From positions 128,001 through 192,000 of the forward strand of contig JBBIRK010000001.1 of the NCBI GenBank assembly GCA_037441845.1: 64,000 bases of DNA, in the 5' to 3' direction. Both the position numbers and the translations under genes were made by a program. Positions 38,664 to 48,225 of the stretch are shown here, piece after piece; positions within the stretch are counted from its first letter, which is position 1; the number at the start of each line of letters is the position of its first letter. This stretch comes from Candidatus Zixiibacteriota bacterium. Lineage in GTDB: Bacteria > Zixibacteria > MSB-5A5 > UBA10806 > 4484-95. The notes under the pieces are model-generated. The model did no database searches and was not told where the DNA came from. It saw only the letters and a program-made list of their open reading frames with translations.

Positions 38664-39863
38664 TCAACTCGTTTTTTTTGCGGCCGACCTTCCGAAAACG
38701 GCGAAATAGGCGGTCCCGATTATCCCAAAAGCGAAAGCGGTCCAGAGATTCAAAGCCGGGCTGATGCTCCAAAGCCAGCCGCCCAGAAAGGCACCCGCGG
38801 AAACGATCGTATCTCTGAGGAAATAATAAGCCCCCACCGTCCGCGCTTTCATTCGTTGATCCGCAAGATCCACGATCAGCGCTTTTCTTGTCGGTTCACC
38901 GAATTCTTTTAATCCCCGCACCATAAACGCCAAAATCAGCATCGATGTCGAGGTGGAAAAAAAAAGAATGGCCGGGAAAAGCGTAAAAAAAACGAACGTC
39001 GCAATAACGAATGGCTTACGCTCGGCTCTGTCTGAAAAAGAGGCGACCGGGATATAAAGCAGCATGGCCGTGCCCATCTCGATCGCCGTCAGCCAGCCGA
39101 ACTGGAACGCTCCTTTGCCGGCAACGTTCATGACCCAGATTACGACGAACGAGTTAGGGATTTGTTCGCAGAATCTTATAAGGATATCCGAAACCAGCAG
39201 GTTTTTCAGCGCCGGATCGAATCTCCCGATGATTTTCAACAGTTTCAACTTCTCATAAGCTGCTTTTTCTTCCAAAACCATCTTCTGCTGTAATATCAAG
39301 GCGCCCAATGCCAGCGCAACAGCTGCGCTGAAAGCCATCTTTATCCCGTTTTGCATGCCGTATGCGCCGATCAATATGCCGCCGAGCACGGGACCGGCGG
39401 CCATGGGAATCCGACGAATGATCGAATGCATCGATACTCCCATCGCCCTTTTCGATTGCGGCAGTCTGCGGGCGATAATATCCATGGTGGCGGGAAGCGA
39501 TAACGACGACCAGGATAGAAATAATATGGATGCCATAATCACGGCCGGCCATGACGGCGCCAAGATTACTATCAGATATCCGCAGATCGATATGAGATTG
39601 AATATCGCCAGCGCCCGCCGCGCGCCAAGACGGTCGGTCAAAAATCCGCCGGGGAGCGACCATAAGGCCCCAAAAAGGTTTTCAACCGTACCATATATTC
39701 CTATGGCTATCGCACCGGCTCCGAGAAATTCCAGATATTTGGGAATATATCGCGAGCCCAAACGCTCCCCGAGGCCGACAAGTATGCTCATTCCCAAAAG
39801 CAGTACTATATCGCGTTTAAGCCCCAAGAAGCCGGCGGCGCGTTTTGAAAATGGCTCGGGCAT
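38664..39863 (-). CDS. MFS transporter
   Basis: About 12 TM helices; GFLTDRLGARR and FSDRAERK loop motifs. Likely start ATG 39863. Confidence 0.88.
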   Translation of the reverse strand: MPEPFSKRAAGFLGLKRDIVLLLGMSILVGLGERLGSRYIPKYLEFLGAGAIAIGIYGTVENLFGALWSLPGGFLTDRLGARRALAIFNLISICGYLIVILAPSWPAVIMASILFLSWSSLSLPATMDIIARRLPQSKRAMGVSMHSIIRRIPMAAGPVLGGILIGAYGMQNGIKMAFSAAVALALGALILQQKMVLEEKAAYEKLKLLKIIGRFDPALKNLLVSDILIRFCEQIPNSFVVIWVMNVAGKGAFQFGWLTAIEMGTAMLLYIPVASFSDRAERKPFVIATFVFFTLFPAILFFSTSTSMLILAFMVRGLKEFGEPTRKALIVDLADQRMKARTVGAYYFLRDTIVSAGAFLGGWLWSISPALNLWTAFAFGIIGTAYFAVFGRSAAKKTS

Positions 39864-39874
39864 AAAATCAATCA

Positions 39875-39903
39875 ATTATAGCCTCCGGCAAAATGATTGT
39901 CAA
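39875..39903 (-). promoter_or_regulatory. Consensus sigma70 promoter for the MFS gene
   Basis: Minus strand TTGACA-17 nt-TATAAT, ending 11 nt before ATG 39863. Confidence 0.7.
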
Positions 39904-40019
39904 TTTCCGTCAGATGCTCAAAATCCCTTGAGAATTCATGATCAATCGCTTAATTGATTATTTTGGAAAGACAGTGCAGAGAGTCGTCGTATTCACACGA
40001 TGATTCGGAATCGTAGAAA

Positions 40020-41138
40020 ATGAAAAAGATTAAGTTACTGTTCAAGATCGGCTATGCTTATCACAAAGCCGCCTTCGATCCGATAATAGAATTGCTGATG
40101 AACGATGAACGTTTCGATGTTTGGTTTTCTCTCGAGTTGGAAAAAAAACGATTTCTTTTGTTCGACTTTCCCTATCGAGCACCCATAATCAACGAATGGC
40201 GAAAACTCGGTTATCGTTTTACGAATATTAAACGCGGATTCGACATAGTGATAACCGGCGACACCATCCGCGACGCGCACGCCTACGGCAAGACTTTGCT
40301 ATGCTTCTTGAACCACGGAACCGGAATCAAAAATATCCTGTATCGTAATCTGGCCGGAAGAACCGGTGATCGCTATCAGATATTCGTAGAGGGCCGACAC
40401 AGAGTCGATTCGCTTTTGGCTTCGAGAAGCCTCGGCCGAAGCGAAATCCACCTGATCGGATTGCCCAAGCTGGATCATCTCTTACAGGGGCGGTTTGCCG
40501 ACAGGGAAAAACGCCTCAGTCGATTGGGGCTTGACCCGCGAAAAAAGACGGTGTTGTTCGCTCCCACTTATAAACCTACATGTTTATACGAAATCAAAGA
40601 CGACATTTTCGAACAAACCAAGAATTATAATTTGATCATCAAGTTGCACCCATATAGCTGGATGGGGAAATACGCCCCCCACAGGCAACACCGAATTTAC
40701 CAAAAGAGAGTGAAAAAATATCCGCACAGCGTTCTCTTACCGTTTTCCGAATACAATATCATGCCATATTACGCGGTTTGCGATACGGTGATCAGCGAGG
40801 CATCCAGCACGATCTTCGACCTGCTGGCGGTCGGCAAGACCGGAATCGTGTTCGATCTACCCTGCGATAAGTTGCGCCATTCCGACGGTCAACCGCTTCT
40901 GGAAATCGACAATCGGGAGTTCTTGAAAGGGGCGTTCGTGCACATCGGTTCAGGCGATCAAATAGAGAAGGGTATAGAGCAGGCGTTGAATCCCACGCCG
41001 GAAATGCTCAAAGCGGCCGACGAATACCGGAAACGGTATTTTTTCGGTCTCGATGGGCAGGCCTCAAAAAGATTTATCGATAAAATGCTCGAATTATACG
41101 AAGAGGGAGGCCATGAGAATGTACCCCCAGGTTGTTAA
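40020..41138 (+). CDS. CDP-glycerol glycerophosphotransferase family (TagB/TagF-like) protein
   Basis: NHGTGIK, GLPKLD, VLFAPTY, IKLHP, ISEASS.IFD and DGQASKR motifs. Confidence 0.8.
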   Translation: MKKIKLLFKIGYAYHKAAFDPIIELLMNDERFDVWFSLELEKKRFLLFDFPYRAPIINEWRKLGYRFTNIKRGFDIVITGDTIRDAHAYGKTLLCFLNHGTGIKNILYRNLAGRTGDRYQIFVEGRHRVDSLLASRSLGRSEIHLIGLPKLDHLLQGRFADREKRLSRLGLDPRKKTVLFAPTYKPTCLYEIKDDIFEQTKNYNLIIKLHPYSWMGKYAPHRQHRIYQKRVKKYPHSVLLPFSEYNIMPYYAVCDTVISEASSTIFDLLAVGKTGIVFDLPCDKLRHSDGQPLLEIDNREFLKGAFVHIGSGDQIEKGIEQALNPTPEMLKAADEYRKRYFFGLDGQASKRFIDKMLELYEEGGHENVPPGC

Positions 41139-41152
41139 GGCATCTGATCACT

Positions 41153-41887
41153 ATGTCGATCACATCCGATAATCGTCCCGGATCTGCAGTAATAATAGCC
41201 GCCGGCATGGGAAGCCGGCTTTGGAGCGATATTTTTTCCGGACCGAAAACCTTGCTTCCCTATGGCGAGGCCACGGTTCTATCTACGATAATGAGCGGGC
41301 TGAACAAGGTCGGGGTAAATCGATTCGTAATCGTAATCGGCTACAGAGGAAATGAAATCAGGGACTACCTCGGCAAATATGATCATTTCGGTTGGAAGTG
41401 CGAGTATGTCGTCAACGACGACTGGCAAAAAGGGAACGCTTTGTCGGTGCTTGCGGCAAAAGAATTCGTGGGGAACACTACCTTTTTGCTCTCGATGTCG
41501 GATCATCTGGTCACGGTGGGGGCATTGAATAAAATAGCCGCAGCCCGCTCATCCAAAAATCTACTGCTTGTCGATCAGCGCATCGACCGGGTTTTCGATA
41601 TCGAGGATGCAACCAAAGTTCATTGCAACGATAACAAAATAGAAAAAATCGGCAAGACTCTTTCCAGATACAACGGGATCGATTGCGGGATATTCAAATT
41701 GAACGAACGCATCTTCAAGGCAATAGAAAAAGCCGCGAGGCTCGGGAAAGATTCGATCAGCGCCGCAGCAGAATTGTTGATAGCCGACGGCGATTTCGAG
41801 GCGGTCTTCATGGATTCCGACGATCGCTGGATCGATATCGATACGCCCGAGGCCTACCGATACAGCCTCGAAAACAAAATCGTTTAA
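41153..41887 (+). CDS. NTP transferase (inositol-1-phosphate / phosphocholine cytidylyltransferase-like)
   Basis: IIAAGMGSRL...PKTLL, GNALS, LSMSDH, EDATKV, IDCGIF and WIDIDTPE motifs. Confidence 0.8.
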   Translation: MSITSDNRPGSAVIIAAGMGSRLWSDIFSGPKTLLPYGEATVLSTIMSGLNKVGVNRFVIVIGYRGNEIRDYLGKYDHFGWKCEYVVNDDWQKGNALSVLAAKEFVGNTTFLLSMSDHLVTVGALNKIAAARSSKNLLLVDQRIDRVFDIEDATKVHCNDNKIEKIGKTLSRYNGIDCGIFKLNERIFKAIEKAARLGKDSISAAAELLIADGDFEAVFMDSDDRWIDIDTPEAYRYSLENKIV

Positions 41888-41923
41888 GTCATTGACATCA
41901 ATCCGAGTGGATTGAATCGGATT

Positions 41924-41956
41924 AAAAAAGGCGGCCCATCCACATGGACCGCCTTT
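41924..41956. terminator. Bidirectional intrinsic terminator between convergent genes
   Basis: AAAGGCGGcCCAT-ccac-ATGGaCCGCCTTT hairpin with an A-tract on the left. Confidence 0.65.
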
Positions 41957-41977
41957 CATAAGCAAATCAGTGAAACA

Positions 41978-43348
41978 TCATTCAGCGGGAGTCTGGCTGT
42001 TGCGTCGGAAAACTCTCGGCGTTCCTGATGGCGGCGTGAGATGACAATAGAGCAGGTTGGTGAATCCCTTGAAATATGCTACCAAGCGGGTGATATCAGA
42101 TCCCCTGAATTGGCAATCGTCGTTGACATCGCCGGCCATATACAGGAAATGATTTCCGGGAAGCGAATCATCATAGCAGGAATCCGGAGGATTGGAGCCG
42201 ATTCCCTTGAAATAGCGGACGCCGAACGTGACATCGCCGCCCAGAACGTTACCGTCGCCGTTGATGTCTCCGGGCGTATATTCGCAGGGATGCCGAATCG
42301 TCAGCTGGTAAGTGTCCTCGCTGAATCTGCTTGCGCCTCCGCTCGTGGCGGCCAGAACTTTCCAGTAATAGGTCGAGTCATAGTAAAGGCAAACCGGCGA
42401 TTGCAACGTGGTATCGAATGTGGAATCGGTGATGAAGGGGCTGGAAAATGACGGCGAGAGACTCCAATAGACGCGATAAAATACTTGACTCCCAGTCAGA
42501 GTGTCGAAACTCGGATGCCAGCAAAACAAAGGATAACAGGTTCTGATATTCGAGTGATTGGCGGGCGACTGCAGCCTGAACGCGGTTAAGTCATACAAAA
42601 TCGCCGGCAAACCGATTTTGGCGCTCTGCAGAATTTCCCGCGTCCGGTCGGATTGAACCCAGACGACCAATTCGCAATTCTGCCAGACCAACTGACTGGG
42701 GATCGTAAAGGGAAGCGAAATCTCGACCGTATCTCCTTGCACCAATGTTCTTCGCAATCCGAGCGTATCCGGGATCATATCCCGCATGGTTTGATGATGC
42801 CAAAGTGATCCGTTCGGGGCCTGATAGTATATGCCATTCTGAATTAAAGCGGTTCGCACATATAGACTATCCAGGCTAATGACGTCGGTGGCTATGATCT
42901 TGACTTCGAGCGTGCCGCTTCGAGACAACTGAAAATACACGCCCGAAAGATTGATTTCAAGGGGAGACGGCATTTGCCGCCTGTTTTGTATCATCGTCCA
43001 CCACGAGGTATAAGTATATCCGCCCCTGATTACACCATCGATCCAAGCGTACGGCGTATATCGATAGCCATCGGTATGAGGTGGATAGTAGCGAATCCTG
43101 GCGGAGTTTTCAGTGGGGTTGTACGAATAGAACGGATCGCTGCTGCTGGGCCACCAAGCATGATAACGAACCGCGATGAACTGGTTGGGATAATTTGCAA
43201 CTAACTGATCCAAGACCGAATCAGCAGATTCACAGCCTGCTCACGAGGTGTTGGTTTGCATCTCGATCAACACCATACGCTGTGTTCCGCTTGCCGGTAA
43301 TACCGCGGCAAGTGACAAAACCAGGGCCCAAAGCACTGCGCTGCGCAT
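41978..43348 (-). CDS. Probable selenoprotein: secreted Omp28/thioredoxin-like (UxxC) domain, Ig-like domain and dockerin-like C-terminus; 456 aa
   Basis: GGAGG SD, then ATG 43348 encoding MRSAVLWALVLSLAAVLPASG (signal peptide) and TQRMVLIEMQTNTS-TGA(43243-43241)-AGC, continuing in frame into the tracked ORF that starts at 43213. YH..W, R..YY and TP..IDG are Omp28-like motifs; two GD(I/V)N repeats at the C-terminus. Confidence 0.8.
43204..43225 (-). promoter_or_regulatory. Candidate bacterial SECIS hairpin
   Basis: Minus strand GCUGAUUC-GGUCUU-GGAUCAGU: 8-bp stem with G-U pairs; G-initiated loop follows 23 nt after the in-frame UGA. Confidence 0.6.
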
Positions 43349-43516
43349 AACACCTCCGAAGCCGAAGCATCAACCTTCGCTCGTAATATAATAATAACCA
43401 TGGAAATTACAAGCGAAACTTCGCTCACAACTTACCGGGAAATAGCCATTAATTAAAATGGGTTCCGGTCTCGGCACCCGATTTTCTCCATGACCGGTCC
43501 GCCCGGCCGCGTTCCG

Positions 43517-45496
43517 CTATCGATCCTTATTCCGATCCTCGCTTTCAAGATCGGCCGCCGTCGATTCCTGAGGAGGATTTTCGGCAAAAATCGGATCGGC
43601 GGGATGCTCGTGGCGATACATGCTCTCCGGCATTTTGGTGGTAATCCAAGATGGATTCATCGGATAAACCGTGGGGCGGAAAACGGTGGAGTACATATGC
43701 CAAATGGCGATTGCAAGCGTGGCCAACCAAGCTTCGTAATAGTGAATTACAAGCATGACATCGAGAAAACCCTTAGCGAACCAGCGCACGGCCACGTTTT
43801 CGAACCACAGGAAAAAGCCGCTGATAAGCATCACCACCGAACCCCAAACAAGCGCCCAGTATTCGGCTTTTTCCACGTAGCTGAACCTGCCCAAACGGGG
43901 GGGATCAGGGTTACGGCCGAGATTATATTTTATCATCTGCCAGAACTGAATGAAATCGGTCGCTCGAGGGAAAATGTCGCGAATAAATCCGCGGCCGCGC
44001 CGGGTGAACAAGTAGACCACATGCCAAATCAAGGTCAGTATAAAAATCACCGCGGCGACCCGATGAATGATACCCCGCAAAGGAAAACCACCTTCCCAAC
44101 CGAAAAGCAGTTTAACCCAACCCGATTCTGAATAGCGCAGCGAGAAACCGGTAACGACAAGAGTGATGAACGTAATCGTCAAGAACATATGCTGCCAGGC
44201 TTCGTTGCGAGTCATCCTTTGAATCTGCTTCTTGGAAAGCAAAATCTGGAATTGCTTTCGCAAATCGATAAGCCAATGGATCACCATGGTGCCGATTATA
44301 ACTACAATAGCCACTATATAAATCAGCCGCACCAATCTTGCCGCCGGAGTGCCGGATATACCCGGCGTCCCGTGGATCGGAGTCTGGGCCAAAGTAGCGG
44401 TGATGCCCGGATGGCAGCGTCCGCACGTTTGTTGCAGGTTGGCCATGTTGATAGACGATTTGGGGTCGGTGTGCGGCAATATCAGATGGGCGCCATGGCA
44501 AGATGCACAATTGGCAACGGTAATATCGCCCGCTCGGCTTTTTAATCCATGATAACTATCCACCCAGGTTTTCAGGCGCCCGGTGGGGATACCGTATTTT
44601 TCATTCAACCTTGCCGATTCGTGGCAGGGAGAGCACGTTGCCTGGGCGACCCTCGTCGGACTCACCGGGGAACGAGGATCAGTCGGCGATAGAATTCCGT
44701 GTTCACCGTGGCAATCCGTGCAAACTGGCGAATCCGTCTCGCCCCGGGCTACCAATTTACCATGAATCCCCTCCCAATAATCGTTTTCTATACTGCGATG
44801 GCATTTGCCGCATGTTTTAGGAATATTGAAATGATAAATCGTCGAAGTGGGATTGAACGGCGATAGTATTTTATGAGCGGTCCCCTCGGCCGAATGACAG
44901 TCGTTGCAGGTGGCGGCGGTGTAGATTCCCCCCATCGACGCCTTGCCGTGAACGCTGCTTTCAAACACCTCGATCGGTTTTTCCACCAGGATATCATGTT
45001 TCCTTATGATATTCAAATCCTCATGACAGGTAGCGCATGTGCGCGGCAAATTCAAAGGATTGACCGCGGATTCTTTTTCGGTCGATGGCAGTATATTGTG
45101 TCTGCCGTGGCAATCCGCGCAACCCGGAATGTCCGGGCTGGTGCCTACTTCGAGCCGCCCGTGCCAGCGGTAAACCTCTTTTTCCTGCGAATGGCATGAG
45201 CCGCAATCGACCTTTTCGAGTTCCTCGGCATGGGGAATTTCGCTTATGCCGGAGTGGCAATCGGTGCATTCGAATCCGCCGTGGGAAGAGGTCTTATAAG
45301 CAATTGTATCAATGGCCAAGCTGATCGTCTTGCCGAATTGATTTTGCTTGGTCAGGGAGGCATCGCTATGGCATTCGAGACATTCGCTATTGGAGACAGC
45401 CTGCGCCGGACTGACGATAACCCAGGGGACAATGAAAACGATGATCGTGCCCGGCAAGAAACGATTTATCATTTGTTTTGCGTGAGCAATCATCAT
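43517..45496 (-). CDS. CbcL-like fused multiheme cytochrome c (11 CxxCH) and cytochrome b membrane domain
   Basis: Eleven CxxCH motifs counted; C-terminal FdnI/HydC-like TM domain (QH..L, IHRVAA, H..YL, FSYVEKAEYWA, IHYYEAWLA..IWHMY). Confidence 0.88.
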   Translation of the reverse strand: MMIAHAKQMINRFLPGTIIVFIVPWVIVSPAQAVSNSECLECHSDASLTKQNQFGKTISLAIDTIAYKTSSHGGFECTDCHSGISEIPHAEELEKVDCGSCHSQEKEVYRWHGRLEVGTSPDIPGCADCHGRHNILPSTEKESAVNPLNLPRTCATCHEDLNIIRKHDILVEKPIEVFESSVHGKASMGGIYTAATCNDCHSAEGTAHKILSPFNPTSTIYHFNIPKTCGKCHRSIENDYWEGIHGKLVARGETDSPVCTDCHGEHGILSPTDPRSPVSPTRVAQATCSPCHESARLNEKYGIPTGRLKTWVDSYHGLKSRAGDITVANCASCHGAHLILPHTDPKSSINMANLQQTCGRCHPGITATLAQTPIHGTPGISGTPAARLVRLIYIVAIVVIIGTMVIHWLIDLRKQFQILLSKKQIQRMTRNEAWQHMFLTITFITLVVTGFSLRYSESGWVKLLFGWEGGFPLRGIIHRVAAVIFILTLIWHVVYLFTRRGRGFIRDIFPRATDFIQFWQMIKYNLGRNPDPPRLGRFSYVEKAEYWALVWGSVVMLISGFFLWFENVAVRWFAKGFLDVMLVIHYYEAWLATLAIAIWHMYSTVFRPTVYPMNPSWITTKMPESMYRHEHPADPIFAENPPQESTAADLESEDRNKDR

Positions 45497-45722
45497 CAGA
45501 CCTTCGCCTTAAACATATGGCAAACTTGTAATCATTTCCAATCGGCTGTCAAGACTTTATTATGCTCATCGCAGCTCTATCATCGACTACGAAGACCCAG
45601 TATGCCAGTTTACGGCTGGCAGAAAAGTTATCATGAAAAAAAATTATTCTTGATATTATCATCATAAAATATTAATATTGACGCCGTTCTGTCGATCTTT
45701 TGATAAGCGAAAGGAGGATCGG

Positions 45723-46649
45723 TTGAGGATTATTTATGGATCGGAAATTCTGATTGTCTTGACCGTTATTCTTCGATTGATATCAATATCGCCTGATGTA
45801 TTCGCTGAGAATACTCCGAATTGTCTCGATTGCCACGAAGGTTATGACAAATCGCTTGCGGGAACCGCCCACCAGATTTCGTCCGATCGCCTTTTGAAAG
45901 CAGCGATCAAGGTCGAATGTATCAGCTGCCACGACGGCTGGCAAGAACATCAGGAGATGCCTACGATTGAGAATATCACGCAACCGTTCAGGCTGGTATC
46001 CTCCAGACAGGTCGAGCTCTGCGGACGCTGCCATCTGACTCCCCACCAAAAGACTATGGCCTCAACCGATCCGCATGCGAACGCCGGGCTGAGCTGCGGT
46101 TCTTGTCATTCGATTCACGCATCAGGCGCCGAGACAGGGACCTTCGATAAAAATGAACGCTGTCTTTCCTGTCACCGCACGGTTGCGCTTGAATTAACCC
46201 GCCGATCGGCTCACCCGCTCAATACGGGAAATATGGAATGCACGGATTGTCATGAGCAGGGATCAGCTCAGGGATCGCTGCAGAAAATAGGATTCGATTG
46301 GACCTGCCAGGGATGCCACCCGGATAAGGCAGGACCATTTATATACGAACATCCGGTCAATTACTCGCATCTGACGGCCGGCGGCTCTTGTATCGAATGC
46401 CACAATCCTCACGGTTCAGATAACGACCGTCTGCTGAATCAGCCTGGGAGCGGAAACTGCTTGCAGTGCCATTCTATCCCTGCCGGTCATCGCACCGTTC
46501 ACAGCGGCCTTGGGACGAAATTCGCCTGCGCGGAATGCCATTCGGAAATACACGGTTCGATGAACAACCGTTATTTGCTCGATCCGCAACTCGGCTCCAA
46601 ACTGTTCCCGGATTGCTATCAATCCGGCTGTCACATAGTCAATCAATAA
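45723..46649 (+). CDS. MtrA/DmsE-like periplasmic decaheme cytochrome c
   Basis: Ten CxxCH plus a terminal CYQSGCH; GPFIYEHPV, CHNPHGS and CHSEIHGS motifs; TTG 45723 follows AAGGAGG. Confidence 0.88.
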   Translation: MRIIYGSEILIVLTVILRLISISPDVFAENTPNCLDCHEGYDKSLAGTAHQISSDRLLKAAIKVECISCHDGWQEHQEMPTIENITQPFRLVSSRQVELCGRCHLTPHQKTMASTDPHANAGLSCGSCHSIHASGAETGTFDKNERCLSCHRTVALELTRRSAHPLNTGNMECTDCHEQGSAQGSLQKIGFDWTCQGCHPDKAGPFIYEHPVNYSHLTAGGSCIECHNPHGSDNDRLLNQPGSGNCLQCHSIPAGHRTVHSGLGTKFACAECHSEIHGSMNNRYLLDPQLGSKLFPDCYQSGCHIVNQ

Positions 46650-46659
46650 GGGGGTGGCG

Positions 46660-48213
46660 ATGATCAAGAGAAATTTTATCTTGTCGGCCGTTCTGATCGC
46701 GATTTTAGGGGGCGGTTGGGTCTTTGCCGGAACCGGTAACGGAAATCTGGGTATCGGCTATATCACGATAGATGACGAAGGCAACAAATCGGCGGACAGG
46801 GCGACTTATAATTTATACGAGGGGGTTCAACTTTCGCTGAACGGATTCCGTTATATGTTGGACAACGGAATCGTCTTGAACGCCGATTTCAATGGGGTTC
46901 CTTTGAAAAATCGCAATCTGGCCATGGGAATATCGAGGTCGGGACTTTTCGGCGCCGATTTCTATCACAATCGTTATCGACGGAATTACGATTTCGACGG
47001 GGCTGCGAATTCGCGGCGCAATCGCTCGGGCACCGATATCTGGGTTTATCCGGTCAAACAGCTTAAAATATATATGAATCTGGACTACGTGGATGTTACC
47101 GGCCGCCAGGCGCAGATGTTCGATTTCGGAATTCCTGACACTCAGACGATCAGCTATGACAATCAACGTTATTCGTTCGGAGCCAGATTCGCTCATCGGG
47201 GAAGGATGCTGCAGGCGGATTTCGGAATAGGCAGATTCGACAACAGGCTCGACGACGAATACGATCAAGATCGACGCGAATTCACTATCACCGGACACTA
47301 TCCGATACCTCGATACGAGCGTCTTGTGCTGACCGGTGTTGTCAAACACTTCAAAAATGAATTCGCGGGCGGCGGGCAGGGAATACGATCCGATGCCTAC
47401 ATGGGAACTGCACTGCTGCACTTGAACACGAAAATATGGATCAAATACTTGGGCTTTTTCAATAGGGCAAAATCGGACAGCGATCTGGTGGCGACCGATA
47501 ATTTGGCCCATGCATTTTTCGTATCATTCACCGGACCTCAAAAAGGCGGGTTGACCATAGGCTATCAGGTCAGCGTAAACGACGATTACGACCGCGGCAT
47601 AGATGGATCGGCCTATTACGCGAGCGCCTGGTATAAGCCCATGGAAACGGCGGAAGTGCGCGGCGAATACGGCCTGAAACTCGAGGATGTGGCTTCGGGA
47701 ACCAGATTGATCGGCGACCGAGAGGACAGCCGCTATAGGCTCGAATTCAAGTGGCGTCCGAACGCCCGCGCGAACCTGAAATTGCGAGCCGAAAGTAAAA
47801 ACAGAACCAACGATCAACTGGGAACCGAATACGATTTTATGCGCTACTCGGCTCAAATAGAGCTCGGCGTCTTGCGCCATCTGAATTTCGTCGGGGGTTA
47901 TGCCTACTCTTCCGGCAAGTATTCGAATCTATCGCAGGAATTCGAATATGCCGATGACCAAGTTTACGGCGATTTCGAATTATCCGAAGTGGGTAGGTTG
48001 ATAGCGGGGGTGGGCGGAAATTGGAATCGCAGTAGGCGTGATTTGAATCTGGAAAATTCCAGCCTGAGATTCAAGGGCGGATTCCGTTTTGCCGGCGACT
48101 ACCAATTGCTGGCATATTATAAAGTTTACAATTTCGATGATCTTCAATACCGCGACCGTTATTTCACTTCCAACGTCGTGGAAGTAAGCCTTGGCAAATC
48201 AATATCATTTTAA
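46660..48213 (+). CDS. Outer-membrane beta-barrel porin of a porin-cytochrome conduit (MtrB/PioB-like role)
   Basis: Signal peptide; alternating Y/F/G-rich strands throughout; terminal Phe; between two multiheme cytochrome genes. Confidence 0.75.
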   Translation: MIKRNFILSAVLIAILGGGWVFAGTGNGNLGIGYITIDDEGNKSADRATYNLYEGVQLSLNGFRYMLDNGIVLNADFNGVPLKNRNLAMGISRSGLFGADFYHNRYRRNYDFDGAANSRRNRSGTDIWVYPVKQLKIYMNLDYVDVTGRQAQMFDFGIPDTQTISYDNQRYSFGARFAHRGRMLQADFGIGRFDNRLDDEYDQDRREFTITGHYPIPRYERLVLTGVVKHFKNEFAGGGQGIRSDAYMGTALLHLNTKIWIKYLGFFNRAKSDSDLVATDNLAHAFFVSFTGPQKGGLTIGYQVSVNDDYDRGIDGSAYYASAWYKPMETAEVRGEYGLKLEDVASGTRLIGDREDSRYRLEFKWRPNARANLKLRAESKNRTNDQLGTEYDFMRYSAQIELGVLRHLNFVGGYAYSSGKYSNLSQEFEYADDQVYGDFELSEVGRLIAGVGGNWNRSRRDLNLENSSLRFKGGFRFAGDYQLLAYYKVYNFDDLQYRDRYFTSNVVEVSLGKSISF

Positions 48214-48225
48214 AGGAGATAAATC

